DNA of 49,751 nt from Promethearchaeati archaeon (lineage in GTDB: Archaea; Asgardarchaeota; Heimdallarchaeia; JABLTI01): assembly GCA_013166835.1 (NCBI GenBank), contig JABLTI010000033.1, positions 1 to 49,751 of the forward strand, read 5' to 3'. Below the pieces are notes generated by a model. The model searched no databases, had not been told where the DNA came from, and saw nothing but the letters and a program-made list of their open reading frames with translations. Below are positions 27,808-38,524 of the stretch, in pieces (positions within the stretch are counted from its first letter, which is position 1; each line of letters opens with the position of its first letter). The translations under genes and the position numbers were made by a program.

Positions 27808-28452
27808 TTATTCTTCTTCTACTTCAAAGTCTTTGACCTTTGGCGGAATCTTTGAGTCAATTTCATCTACAGTTAGAGGTTTTTCTGATTTACGTTGTTC
27901 TATTTCTTCTTTGGAAGATTTGGATTCAACTATGTTTAGCTCTTTACCTTGACTTTCTGAGAAGCTTGCTCTTATTAATTCTACAATATGTTCAGTTTCT
28001 TTTACTCTAAATCTAAAAAGAGCGAATAAAATGGATTCATCGTTTTTAGCAATCAATTCTAATAGAGTGAATTTTGGTATTCTTTTACCTGTGGTTACTC
28101 GAGTATTTTTCTTCTCTATCTCAATAGAGGTGATTTCTGCCCATTTGAATTCACTCCAACGGAAATACGAACGAAGACGTATTCCTTCTGGACTTAGGAC
28201 AATTGAACACAACATTATTGACACAAATGATTCAAGATAAATAATTAGAACAATACTGCCAAAAATAATCAGTGTAATTCTGAAGAATAGTGATTGATCA
28301 TTAAATACAGCACCAAATACGATAGCTATAGTTCCTACAGCTAGAAACACTAGTAGAAAAACTAATTCAGTCAGTTTTCTTTTTCTTGAATGTCTTATGA
28401 TTTTCTGATTGTCTCTTATTTCTAAAATGTTATTTATTGCTTGTTCGGTCAA
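27808..28452 (-). CDS. Membrane protein with PH-like domain
   Basis: 2 TMs then IVLSPEGIRLRS....FKWAEITSIE. Confidence 0.75.
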   Translation of the reverse strand: MTEQAINNILEIRDNQKIIRHSRKRKLTELVFLLVFLAVGTIAIVFGAVFNDQSLFFRITLIIFGSIVLIIYLESFVSIMLCSIVLSPEGIRLRSYFRWSEFKWAEITSIEIEKKNTRVTTGKRIPKFTLLELIAKNDESILFALFRFRVKETEHIVELIRASFSESQGKELNIVESKSSKEEIEQRKSEKPLTVDEIDSKIPPKVKDFEVEEE

Positions 28453-28541
28453 TTTTATTCCTCTGGAAATTTGTTGTGGGAAAAATATTCCATCAGATAA
28501 TTGAAATTCTTTTATTTGAGTTCTTTTTAATTCTTTAGTTG

Positions 28542-29531
28542 TTAATCCAATTTTTTGAAGAAGATTTGTCTGTCTTCTGTGGAATCATGAATAACAATGT
28601 CTGAAGCCAGATTTGAGATAAGACTATCTTTGTGTTGATGTGTGAGAAATATCTGCAAGACTGATGATTTTTCTAATTTCATAGTACTCGAATTCTTATT
28701 TCCAGTATTTTTCATATGAATGATTTTTTGTTTCATAATAAATTCAAGAAGATTGAAGAACCACTTTATTCTCCAAGTACTATGTGGATCTGAAAATAAA
28801 ACAGCTGTTTGAAAGAAATCTGATGGTATAATAATCATAAGACCAGTTGATTTTTCGTTTGTTTTTATTTCAAAAGTAGGCCAATCTGGATTAAAATCTA
28901 AATCTAGAATGGAATCTTCTAAACTAATATACATTGCATCTGTTCCTGCGAGTGCTTCAACCTCCTTTGCCCACCAGAAATAAGCAAGTTTTTTGATTTC
29001 GTTTAATTTTACAAGTTTTCTAAAAGAAATTTTATCAGAAATTTCAGAATCTTGTTTGATTGTTTTTATTTTCCTCAAAAACAATCTAACTAAAGTTAAA
29101 CCAACCCCTTGAGAGTGATACTCTAATTTCTCATACATTTTAATTGCTGGTTTATTTTCAAGCAAAACAGAGAAGCAAACGAAATTCTTGTTTTTCTTTC
29201 TCGTAAAATCCTCTGTAAATTTCATTAAAATGCTTCCATATCCTTTTCTTCGATATTCCTTTTTTACTCCAACTGCATAAACAAAGAATGAGTGTTTTCT
29301 TTTCTCTAATGAAAGTGATCCTGCAACTTTTCCGTTTTCTAGTAGAATAAATCTAGATTGTCTAGCTAATTTTGAAGCAAAGTTGAAGTAAAATTTAATC
29401 TTGCTACTCCTAGATTCTTGGGCTTTCTTGAAAATAGGATCTTCTTGATGGATTTTCATATTTAGTTTGGTGAACCAATGTAATCTAATTAACGGAACTC
29501 TTTTTATTCGTATTAAGTTTGAATCCGTCAA
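28542..29531 (-). CDS. GNAT acetyltransferase with C-terminal extension
   Basis: VGVKKEYRRKGYG, N.PAIKMYEK. Confidence 0.85.
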   Translation of the reverse strand: MTDSNLIRIKRVPLIRLHWFTKLNMKIHQEDPIFKKAQESRSSKIKFYFNFASKLARQSRFILLENGKVAGSLSLEKRKHSFFVYAVGVKKEYRRKGYGSILMKFTEDFTRKKNKNFVCFSVLLENKPAIKMYEKLEYHSQGVGLTLVRLFLRKIKTIKQDSEISDKISFRKLVKLNEIKKLAYFWWAKEVEALAGTDAMYISLEDSILDLDFNPDWPTFEIKTNEKSTGLMIIIPSDFFQTAVLFSDPHSTWRIKWFFNLLEFIMKQKIIHMKNTGNKNSSTMKLEKSSVLQIFLTHQHKDSLISNLASDIVIHDSTEDRQIFFKKLD

Positions 29532-29626
29532 TTTTAATCAGACCAAATTTTAATTTATTAAATCTAAAAGAAGCATACAGCTATTTGCTGGTTATTAGCT
29601 TATTTCTAGATTCGCAAACACTGTTT

Positions 29627-30829
29627 TTAACTTGTATTCATTGCTTCCTTTATCTCTCTTAGTATAATATCGTAACCTATTTTACAACAAGTCATATCGA
29701 CATGATTTTTGTTGATAATGTATTGCTTTACTTCCTTTTCATCCATCAATGCACTTTCTACTGAAACAGCACCATCTCCTCTTAAAACCTCTGGATACCC
29801 TACTCGAGGATAGATTTCAAATATTTTATTGGGAACTAGAGTCCAATTAAACGGATAAAATAGATAGTGTTTTGGTAGATCATACCATTCATGTATCGAA
29901 CGTTTTTCTGAAACTAATTTCTTACGCAAATCCATTTTTTCTTTAGCAAGGAAAAATTTGGGGAGAAGACAAGAGGTTTCCCACCTCCAAGTATAAACAT
30001 TAGTTATGAGGGAATTCGTCCCTGCAACATTTACATATTTGATATCACTTCTGCAACCGCTTGAAGATAATTCTTTCAGAAATTTAGAACCAGGAGCCAT
30101 TTGTTTTGTAGCAATTGACTCAATTTTGCGTTCTTGACTTACGTCCCATAACTTTCTTACAGCTTTAACTCTATTCAAGAATTGCTTAGATGGTAAGCGA
30201 AACATCTCAAATGCAGAGAAAAAAGTACCAGCAAAAGGAGTTCCAAAAGTAACCAATTTTTCAACAGATGTTTTCTCTGTTATGTCTAAATATCTTTTCG
30301 AGATTAACCCACCTCGTGAGTGAGCAATGATAATTATCCTTCTATCACCATATTCGTTTATAATCGCGCTGATTATCTTAGTTAATTCCTTAACTGAAAC
30401 CCCGATATCACCAAAAGCAGATTTTTGCGAATATGTTAACCAGTCTATACCGTGTTTATCCAATATTTCAGTTGCACCTTTTGGGACAATCTGTTTTGAG
30501 AGAGACCACTCAACGGGAATGAATGGTGGAGGTGGTATTGAATGCCACCCAAAATCAACTGGTTTTGGATCATTATTATATTCTTTTACCCAACCCATGT
30601 TTCCTACATCTGGATCCAGCCAACAATACTTTGAAGCTGCAAACCCATGAATAAATAATACTAAGAAATCACCTTCGTTATCCGGATTCGCTGTTGACTC
30701 GATATCTTTCCGTTTTAAAGTCTCATTTATTGCATTTTCAGCTGCAGATATTTTTGGTGATGTTTTTTTCGAGTAATTTGGTTCTCTAATAGTGAAGATT
30801 TTTTCAGCTAATTCATCGGTAGAGACCAT
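29627..30829 (-). CDS. Alpha/beta hydrolase (lipase/PGAP1-like)
   Basis: FIHGF, AHSRGG nucleophile elbow, GTPFAG, GDGAV, NH. Confidence 0.9.
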   Translation of the reverse strand: MVSTDELAEKIFTIREPNYSKKTSPKISAAENAINETLKRKDIESTANPDNEGDFLVLFIHGFAASKYCWLDPDVGNMGWVKEYNNDPKPVDFGWHSIPPPPFIPVEWSLSKQIVPKGATEILDKHGIDWLTYSQKSAFGDIGVSVKELTKIISAIINEYGDRRIIIIAHSRGGLISKRYLDITEKTSVEKLVTFGTPFAGTFFSAFEMFRLPSKQFLNRVKAVRKLWDVSQERKIESIATKQMAPGSKFLKELSSSGCRSDIKYVNVAGTNSLITNVYTWRWETSCLLPKFFLAKEKMDLRKKLVSEKRSIHEWYDLPKHYLFYPFNWTLVPNKIFEIYPRVGYPEVLRGDGAVSVESALMDEKEVKQYIINKNHVDMTCCKIGYDIILREIKEAMNTS

Positions 30830-30901
30830 TGTTTACTCTCCTATTCATTATATGATTAGGTTATAATATATCTTTTATTTGTTTAGAAACCATACTTTAC
30901 T

Positions 30902-31267
30902 TTAACATGTGAGATGCAATATTGCTGCAACTTTTGCTTTTTCTTTGATTAAATTATTTAATAAATGCATTACAACCGGTGTTTTATCCATGATTAAGAT
31001 TACTTTTGATTCTTCGAGTAATTTCTTTGACTCCTCAGGCATAGGTAAAATACCACGTTGACCTTGACCAATTACTAGTGTATCTGGTTTCTGATCTAAT
31101 AACAATTGAATTTCTAAGGGGCCAAGAACTGTATGTCCTTTGCTTATGGGTTTTGATAATTCCTTTTTTCTTTTTGTAATCGTACCATCGACATTAATAT
31201 AGATGTCATGTTTGTATTTTACCCCGTCGATAGTTATAGACCCAAATTTAGTTTTTTTAATTATCAT
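30902..31267 (-). CDS. Mth938-like (AAMDC/DUF498) protein
   Basis: FGSITIDG..Y.HD, LVIGQGQ.G, HLTC end; start trimmed to ATG 31267. Confidence 0.9.
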   Translation of the reverse strand: MIIKKTKFGSITIDGVKYKHDIYINVDGTITKRKKELSKPISKGHTVLGPLEIQLLLDQKPDTLVIGQGQRGILPMPEESKKLLEESKVILIMDKTPVVMHLLNNLIKEKAKVAAILHLTC

Positions 31268-31380
31268 TGCAATCCAACTCAAATTCCTAATTTTTCTTAC
31301 GCTTCGTTCTATTAAAAATGAATTGGAAAAAGTTATAATGGAGCAATTAAATGGAATGAAAGATTTAAGCAAAATACTAG

Positions 31381-32499
31381 ATGATTAGAATGACTGAAGA
31401 ATGGCGTTTAATTGAATTTGATGGACTTCCAGGTAGCGAATCCCAAACAGTTTATCATACTGTGGGTTTAGCTATGGAAAGATATGATGATATTGAAAAT
31501 ACTATTATTATATGTTGGCCAGAGGATCCTGCTGTTTGTGTAGGTTATCATCAAATCATTGAAGAAGAAGTAGATACAGAATATTGTAAAAAAAATAACA
31601 TTCCTATCGTTCGAAGACCTTTAGGTGGAGGAGCAGTTTATCTTGATAGTGGGCAGCTTTTCTATCAAGTTATTGGGCGACTTGATAGTATGAAGTTGCC
31701 ACAGAATGTAGCCAAATTATATGAGAAAGTTCTCCAAGCACCCATTGAAACTTATAGAGCGATTGGGATAAATGCTGAATATGCTCCTGTAAATGATATT
31801 CAAGCTGATGGAAAGAAAATTTCTGGAAATGGTGCTGCAGAAGTTGGTGGAGGACGAATTTTAACTGGCAACCTTATTTTTGATTTCAATTTTGATGAAA
31901 TGGTGAAGATACTAAAAGTTCCTAATGAAAAATTCAGGGATAAAATAGCTTCTAGTTTAAGAGAAAGATTAGGAACAATCAAAGGATTCCTTGAAAATCC
32001 ACCAGATAAACAAGCAGTGAAGAAAATTCTCATTGAGAATTTTGAAAAAATGCTGGATGTCAACTTCAGAATTGATAATAAATTCTTACCAAAAGAGCAA
32101 GAAATAAATGATGAACTACTAAAACAGTATAGAAGCGATGAGTGGTTAAACATTCCAATTCAACGTAGAACTGAACTTATGGAAAAACGAAAAGTGAAAA
32201 TTTCCACAACCACACAGATTTATGAATCCGTTTACAAAGCTCCAGGTGGATTAATTCGTTTATTCTTTGAAGTTGAAAATGACTTCATAAAAGACATTAT
32301 CATTAGTGGCGATTTTTCTGCACACCCTATGAATACTCCAGAACTGATTGAGAATGCTCTTATTGGAAAACTTCTGAATCCAAAGCATATTTATGCCAAC
32401 GTTTCTCAAGTATTCGATTCAGAGAAAATAGACATTCCTGGAGTAACACCAGACGATTTTGTAAAAGCAATTGAATTATCAGTAAAGGACTTATTCTAA
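31381..32499 (+). CDS. lplA: Lipoate-protein ligase A with fused C-terminal domain
   Basis: VRRPLGGGAVYLD, NDI...GKKISGNG, I.ISGDF. Confidence 0.9.
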   Translation: MIRMTEEWRLIEFDGLPGSESQTVYHTVGLAMERYDDIENTIIICWPEDPAVCVGYHQIIEEEVDTEYCKKNNIPIVRRPLGGGAVYLDSGQLFYQVIGRLDSMKLPQNVAKLYEKVLQAPIETYRAIGINAEYAPVNDIQADGKKISGNGAAEVGGGRILTGNLIFDFNFDEMVKILKVPNEKFRDKIASSLRERLGTIKGFLENPPDKQAVKKILIENFEKMLDVNFRIDNKFLPKEQEINDELLKQYRSDEWLNIPIQRRTELMEKRKVKISTTTQIYESVYKAPGGLIRLFFEVENDFIKDIIISGDFSAHPMNTPELIENALIGKLLNPKHIYANVSQVFDSEKIDIPGVTPDDFVKAIELSVKDLF

Positions 32500-32557
32500 A
32501 AGTACTTCGTTTTTCCCCCAAAGATAGCTATAAATAGACTTGTGAGTTAGTTTTGGT

Positions 32558-33007
32558 ATGAAAGCAGAATACGAACTCTCAAAAGATAGTGATGTTGAAT
32601 CTTTGTTAGTCAAAATAGCAGAAAACTTCGGTACTACAGTGAAAACACTCGAAGATGACATAACAAAAGTTATTGCAGTACCTTCAAGAATTCGAATCAT
32701 ACAAAGAGTGGATGAAACTAAATACGTCCTGAGAGTTAGAGGAGCTTCTGATGAAGATGTTTCCTTTTTAACTGGCATTTTAGGAGATCCTGTTAAAATC
32801 AGTCAAGAGAAACTCAGTTTGAATGATTTTGTTAATGAAGTTTTGAGTATTCCCGAAGCTAAGTCAAAGAGCAAAGATGAAGTCATAGATATTTTAGATC
32901 TCGATAATGAGGAATTTCAACAATACTATAAACAATTAGAACGATTTGGTAAACGAGGGCGAGGTCCTCAACCAATACTTGATGCATATGAAATTCTTAG
33001 CAAGTAA
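32558..33007 (+). CDS. Hypothetical protein
   Basis: 149-aa ORF with typical codon usage. Confidence 0.7.
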   Translation: MKAEYELSKDSDVESLLVKIAENFGTTVKTLEDDITKVIAVPSRIRIIQRVDETKYVLRVRGASDEDVSFLTGILGDPVKISQEKLSLNDFVNEVLSIPEAKSKSKDEVIDILDLDNEEFQQYYKQLERFGKRGRGPQPILDAYEILSK

Positions 33008-33077
33008 TTGCTAAGTTAATTTTCATTTATTTTTTTTACAAATACATATTTAAAAACAAAACATCTTACTAAGTATT

Positions 33078-34997
33078 ATGATAAACAGAAGGTTTCTGCT
33101 AGTTTTAACAGTCAGCTTTTTGTTGCTGCCTTTAACAACTACATGGGTGAAAAACGATAATGCGAGCGCTTATGAAAATCCTACAGATATTGCGAATTAC
33201 ACAACTGAAGCATTTACAGAAAAATTCACAGGAACAATACCTGCGAAAGCTTTTGTAGGACCCGATAATGCTTTTGCTGTTGTGAATGCTTCTATTCATG
33301 CGGCTACATCTACACTTTTTCTTGAAGTGTACACTCTTTCAAGTCAAAATCTAATTGATTCTTTAATCTATGCTAAAGTGACTAATGGAGTCGATGTAGT
33401 TGTTCTTTTAGAATTCGATCATGTTAGTGGATATGAAGATGATTACACTGAGCAAGCAGCTTATAATTTAAGTAATGCCGGAGTTGAGGTACTCTGGACA
33501 ACACCAGATTACACGTTTACTCACGCAAAATTCTGGGTTATTGATGGACAATTTACTTATGTTTATTCTGGAAACTGGGCACCATCAAGTTTACCAGCAG
33601 ATACTGATGCACGTACAAATAGAGAAATGGGTTTGATGTTTGATGATTCTGATATTGCATTCTTCTATGAAAGTATTTTTCTAGAGGATTATGCAAAAGC
33701 AACAGCTTATTCAGGAACAGACCCTGGTCATACATTGCCAAGTGAAGATTCAGGTACATATGTCCCTGTAAAAGTGAGTCCTTTAACACTTACTGAATAC
33801 ATGGAAGTCATCCCTGTTTTCTCTCCAAATAATAGTTATGCAATGCTATCATCATTGATTGATAATGCTACTACAACAATTGATGTTCAACAACAATATC
33901 TAACACATACTTGTGATTTAACTTATGACTTAATTGATGCTGCAAACAGTGGTGTAACTGTAAGAGTAATGTATCCAGAACCAACTACAGCCTCGAAAAA
34001 CGTAACAGAATTGTTATTACAAAATGGTATTGAAGTCAGATTTTCTTATAGTCTTTATAATCATAATAAATTCCTCAACGTAGATGGGGAAACGGTTTCT
34101 GTCTCAAGTATTAATTGGTCAAATGGTTCAGTCGTCGATAATCGAGAAGCTGGAGCAATTGTGAAAAATACTAACATTGCTACATATTTAGGTGATGTTT
34201 TCGAGTGGGATTGGGAGAACTATACTCATATACCTTCAGGTTTTCTTTCACTGGTTCATACATGGACTACACCAGATGGTTTAGAAACATTCAGTCTTGA
34301 TACTACTACTTATACTGATGGAATTCATCAAATTAAGGTAATTGGAAATCCAAACGTAGGAGATCCTATTATCGATGAGTATGACTTTAACATTGTGAAC
34401 TTGGATTGGTGGGGCATAGTAATCTCAGAAGTTCGTTTTGATGCTGTAACTGAAACATCTGGTGAGTTCTTTGAATTGTACAATGATTTCAGTTTCGATG
34501 TAGCTATTGGTGGATGGACAGTTTCAGATAATTTGTACACATATACTATACCTGCTGATACAATATTCCTAGCTGATGATATACTTGTCTTTGTTCGTGA
34601 TTCAGCTGTCTACACTACTGAAATGAATGATTTAGGAATCACTTCTCCCGTCTTTGATTATGTATATGATTCTCTCATACTAGGAAATACTGGTGATATA
34701 TTAGTTCTCGATGGTCCACATGGAAATGTTGACGCGGTAGTCTGGGGAACCGGAACATATACAGGAGTAACTGCATGGACAGGATCCATTGATGATACTG
34801 AAAGTTTACAAAGAGATCCTGCTAACCATGATACAGATGATTGCTCAGTTGACTTTATTGTAAGAGTTCCAAATCCAGGAACTGTCTATGTTACTGAAAC
34901 ACCTTCAGGATTTATACCAGGATTCATCTTAAGCACAACTCTCTCAGCAATAGCCGTAGTTACAATAGTTGTCATTTTCAGAAAACGCAAAAAGTAA
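33078..34997 (+). CDS. Surface phospholipase D-family protein with lamin-tail domain and GFIPGF anchor
   Basis: Two HKD motifs (HAKFWVID, HNKFLNVD), LTD (VISEV..D...EFFELYN...GWTVSD...LGNTGD), SGFIPGF+TM+RKRKK. Confidence 0.9.
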   Translation: MINRRFLLVLTVSFLLLPLTTTWVKNDNASAYENPTDIANYTTEAFTEKFTGTIPAKAFVGPDNAFAVVNASIHAATSTLFLEVYTLSSQNLIDSLIYAKVTNGVDVVVLLEFDHVSGYEDDYTEQAAYNLSNAGVEVLWTTPDYTFTHAKFWVIDGQFTYVYSGNWAPSSLPADTDARTNREMGLMFDDSDIAFFYESIFLEDYAKATAYSGTDPGHTLPSEDSGTYVPVKVSPLTLTEYMEVIPVFSPNNSYAMLSSLIDNATTTIDVQQQYLTHTCDLTYDLIDAANSGVTVRVMYPEPTTASKNVTELLLQNGIEVRFSYSLYNHNKFLNVDGETVSVSSINWSNGSVVDNREAGAIVKNTNIATYLGDVFEWDWENYTHIPSGFLSLVHTWTTPDGLETFSLDTTTYTDGIHQIKVIGNPNVGDPIIDEYDFNIVNLDWWGIVISEVRFDAVTETSGEFFELYNDFSFDVAIGGWTVSDNLYTYTIPADTIFLADDILVFVRDSAVYTTEMNDLGITSPVFDYVYDSLILGNTGDILVLDGPHGNVDAVVWGTGTYTGVTAWTGSIDDTESLQRDPANHDTDDCSVDFIVRVPNPGTVYVTETPSGFIPGFILSTTLSAIAVVTIVVIFRKRKK

Positions 34998-35009
34998 ATC
35001 TAAACATAA

Positions 35010-35050
35010 GGGAATTTGGTTAACCCAAATCCCGCCTTTCTTTTCTTTTT
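35010..35050 (+). terminator. Imperfect hairpin plus T-tract
   Basis: GGGAATTTGG...CCAAATCCC then CTTTC/TTTT runs. Confidence 0.6.
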
Positions 35051-35069
35051 CTAGTGGTTTTTAGAATTA

Positions 35070-35651
35070 CTATATAGGTTTACATAAACACTTTTTCATT
35101 CGCAAATCAAAGAAATTAAAAGTGTTTGCTGGTTTTATTTGCCAAACTGTATCCGCTCCTCTGCCTGTACCACCTACAGCTAGAACATCTTTATTTATTG
35201 GAATTAGTCCTGCATCTGCAGCCATAAGTACAATTTCAGCACAAACCTTTGTTCCTTGTCCAAATGTGCGGTATACTTCAGCTATTAATTCTGCAATTTG
35301 CCATGTTCCATGTTTTCTACGAATTGCTCTGTCAACTCCTGCTAAAGCATGAGTTGTTGTTAAAACTGCTATATCCTTCTTTTTTAATAATTCAAGCAAT
35401 TCTTTGTCCATTTCATGTTCGCCCGGTTTCAGAAAACCGAAAACATGTGTTACAATAACAAGTTTATCTGTGTCAGTAAAGATGTCAAGGGCTTTTGCTG
35501 CTGTGGTTCCTTTTGAAGTTGCTATGACCACTTTAGGAATTTTATATTCTTCCGAGTATTCATATGCGAGCTTCAAAGCTTTTTCTGTATTTGCTTTTCC
35601 TTTTTCTTTAAAATAAACAATGGTATCAACTTCAGACATTTTTCTGACCAA
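35070..35651 (-). CDS. Pyruvate-kinase C-terminal-like (MTH1675/DUF1867) protein
   Basis: YF.EKGKANT, VIATSKGTTA, VTH..GF, FGQGTKVC.EI..MAADAG, GGTGRGADT. Confidence 0.88.
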   Translation of the reverse strand: MVRKMSEVDTIVYFKEKGKANTEKALKLAYEYSEEYKIPKVVIATSKGTTAAKALDIFTDTDKLVIVTHVFGFLKPGEHEMDKELLELLKKKDIAVLTTTHALAGVDRAIRRKHGTWQIAELIAEVYRTFGQGTKVCAEIVLMAADAGLIPINKDVLAVGGTGRGADTVWQIKPANTFNFFDLRMKKCLCKPI

Positions 35652-35735
35652 CTTTCTCTTGATAATAATTGCTTGTAAATGTTGAATACTAAACAGAGTA
35701 AAAAAGAGTTTTCATAGAAGAAAATTAATTGAATT

Positions 35736-36200
35736 CTATAAATTATCTTGCAAATGAGTAACTTCTAGGTGGGAATTTTTCATAGCTATTTTTATCTGTT
35801 TTATAATCTCATTAATTGGTATATTATTAAAATAGAGGAGATGACTTTTGCAATTGCAATCTGATGACCCAAAGTTTTTGATAATTAATGATTTTTCTTG
35901 AAAGGTTCCTGTGATTTGATCAACTACCTTGCACTCAATTTTATGATCTGATAGTATTTCCCCATAAGCTATGATTTTCACAAAGTTATCATTTTACAGA
36001 TAATCTATGTGCCAAAAAATCTTCTTTTCTTGCTTGATATGACGAGTAATCCTTTTCTCCAAACCTCCAGGTCCAAAAGCTGATCCAACATAGATATAAT
36101 TACCTTGTTGAAACAACTTGCATCCTAGCGCACCAATTGTCAAACTGATATCTTGTTGTATAAATAAAAAAAGAAGATAGGTTCCCCTATTTTCAGACAA
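35736..36200 (-). pseudogene. DUF123/GIY-YIG nuclease family gene interrupted by in-frame TAA
   Basis: GTY.L, Y.YVGSA, WHIDYL, TAA at 35994-35996, then same frame continues to E C...FGSSDC.C.SHL. Confidence 0.85.
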
Positions 36201-36235
36201 GTTTCCACCCTTTCTTAGATGTGTTAATCAATTGA

Positions 36236-37342
36236 TTATTTCCAGAGGAATCGAGGTACTTCATAGAGGAATTCGCAGCCATCTTTCCTAGCTACTACAT
36301 CATCTTCTATTCTCACACCAAATTCACCTTCAATGTAGATTCCCGGTTCAATAGTATGACACATTCCTTCCTTTAGGAGGAGTTTATTCCCATTCACCAT
36401 GTAGGGGGCTTCATGACCTTCAATTCCGATTCCATGACCTAATCTGTGTGTGAAATATTTGCCAAATCCCTCTTTTGTGATGACTTCACGGGCAGCTATG
36501 TCAACATCTTCACACTTTACTCCTTCCTTTGAAGCTTCGAATGCAGCTCTATTTGATCTGTAAACAATGTCATAGACTTTCTTGAATTTCTCACTTGGTT
36601 CTCCAATAACTGAAGTTATTGTAATATCACCCATGTAGCCTTTGTACCAAGGTCCTGCATCAATTAGCAAAACATCATTTTTCTCAATTGTTCGTCCAGT
36701 TGGAGAGCCATGAGGTAATGCAGAATTTGGTCCAGATTGAACAAGTCCAAAGGCAGGTCTCCCATACTTTGATAATTCTTCTGAAATTAGTTTAGATACA
36801 TCTGTTTCGGTCATGCCTGGAGTTACTTGTTCAAAAGTTTTGATAATGGCATCTGAAGCAATTTTTGTAGCTTCTTGCATTAATTTAATTTCCCCTTCTG
36901 ATTTTATTATCCGAGCAGCTTGCACTACTTTTGTAGCATTGACAAATTTCGCTTTGGGCAGATTTTTTTGTATTCTTAGAAACCAATCAAACCAGAGTTT
37001 ATTGTCAAGAGAAATTTGTTTATTTTCTAGATTAAGATCAGTTGCTATTTTCCCTAATAATTTGAACGGATCTTCATCTTCTTCCCACGATTGAATTGTT
37101 CCGAATTGTACTCCTTTTTTTATTCTGCTTTTTTCAAAACTGGGACAAATAAAAATTGGATCACTATCTTTTTGGAGAATTACACAAGTTAATCTCTCAC
37201 TCGCATGAGCCATTAATCCTGTTGCATAAAACAAATCAACACCTGGAAAAAGGATTAGCCCATCTGATCCTATGGAACCCATTAGTTCTTTTAATCTCTT
37301 TTGACGTTCTTCTAACATTTTTTTCATCTCAAAATATTGCAA
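36236..37342 (-). CDS. pepQ: Xaa-Pro dipeptidase/aminopeptidase (M24B)
   Basis: IKSE.EI, PHG, ID.G, DIT, HRLGHGIG, TIEPGIY, GVRIEDD. Confidence 0.9.
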   Translation of the reverse strand: MQYFEMKKMLEERQKRLKELMGSIGSDGLILFPGVDLFYATGLMAHASERLTCVILQKDSDPIFICPSFEKSRIKKGVQFGTIQSWEEDEDPFKLLGKIATDLNLENKQISLDNKLWFDWFLRIQKNLPKAKFVNATKVVQAARIIKSEGEIKLMQEATKIASDAIIKTFEQVTPGMTETDVSKLISEELSKYGRPAFGLVQSGPNSALPHGSPTGRTIEKNDVLLIDAGPWYKGYMGDITITSVIGEPSEKFKKVYDIVYRSNRAAFEASKEGVKCEDVDIAAREVITKEGFGKYFTHRLGHGIGIEGHEAPYMVNGNKLLLKEGMCHTIEPGIYIEGEFGVRIEDDVVARKDGCEFLYEVPRFLWK

Positions 37343-37397
37343 GAACTACAATGACCTATTCTTAATTAAAGTTACTTTCAATTTAAGCCACGTAGAT

Positions 37398-38324
37398 TTA
37401 AGAAATAGAGTTGATTGCTTCTTCTAAAGCTCTAATAAAATTTGGTGATAATTCGTTTTGCTCATTTATAGCATTCTTAAAAGTAAATCCAGAGCGATGC
37501 TTATGTCCTCCTCCACCAAATTTTGCTGCGATTGCAGCAACATCACAATTATCACTTCTTAAACCAATTCTGAAATTTGTCGTGTCAATTGCTACAAGTA
37601 TATCTTCCTTACAGATTTCTGATAGATGTTTTGTGACTTTACCTCGAGGTAGTAAAGCTGATTCGGCAATGGCAATTGTCTTTCCTGAAAGATTTAACAC
37701 TTTCAAGGTATCACGAATTCTATCTCTCTCAGCTTCAAATATTTTGTATGCTTCTAAATACTCTTGAAAAAATTCTTTATCCTCAAATTTACCATCAATG
37801 AACAAATCTCTTATTCTTACTAAATCTTTCATTGACATTCTATGGAAATCAATAAGCGTATAGAAAATAGTAGTAAGTCGGTCATGAATATCGTAATCAC
37901 CGTTGTGACCTATTTCAGCGATCTTTTTTGATATCTCATCATTAGGCATGAAACGTCTTTGAACTAAGATTGATGCAGAAACTTCTGTATCATGAATGAA
38001 TTCATCCATTACCTCGAGTAATAATCCTTTGATTTCTTCAGATGCATTATGATGATCTATCCAAATTTTACGAGCCTTTAACTTCCTTAAAGGTTCGATT
38101 ATTTTCTGTATTATTCTACTGTTTACCCCGATATCGCTAATGATTAACACATTAGGTTTTTCGGCAATGGCTTTTTCAAAAACCTCTTCAAAATTATAAT
38201 AATCAGCTAAAAATCCAATTGGTTCTATCTTTAACTCCCGAAAGTATCTAAAGATAATTGCTTGTGCACCTATACCATCTGGATCGATTTGATGAGATAT
38301 TGAAACAACCTTAATTTTTGCCAT
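37398..38324 (-). CDS. DHH/DHHA1 family phosphoesterase (nanoRNase-like)
   Basis: H..DPDG, SDIG, WIDHH, LRS...FGGGGH. Confidence 0.88.
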   Translation of the reverse strand: MAKIKVVSISHQIDPDGIGAQAIIFRYFRELKIEPIGFLADYYNFEEVFEKAIAEKPNVLIISDIGVNSRIIQKIIEPLRKLKARKIWIDHHNASEEIKGLLLEVMDEFIHDTEVSASILVQRRFMPNDEISKKIAEIGHNGDYDIHDRLTTIFYTLIDFHRMSMKDLVRIRDLFIDGKFEDKEFFQEYLEAYKIFEAERDRIRDTLKVLNLSGKTIAIAESALLPRGKVTKHLSEICKEDILVAIDTTNFRIGLRSDNCDVAAIAAKFGGGGHKHRSGFTFKNAINEQNELSPNFIRALEEAINSIS

Positions 38325-38524
38325 AGTAATAATTGAAAAATTTCACTCTTTTTAATTTTCTCTATTCGTAAAAAAATAAAATTCCGTGTCTCAAGAACAA
38401 TACTCGTTCTTTAACAATAATTTAAATAGGTAATTCTAGTCGAGGCGAATTAACAAAAGCTGCAAATAGTTGAAGAAATCTATGATTCTCTAACAGATTT
38501 CCAACACAAACAGCCTTTAATGGT

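Noticed and set aside
31268-31372. N-terminal extension of the Mth938-like ORF and ORF 31203..31388
   Set aside because: Homology begins at MIIKKTKFGS; this stretch is the divergent promoter region.
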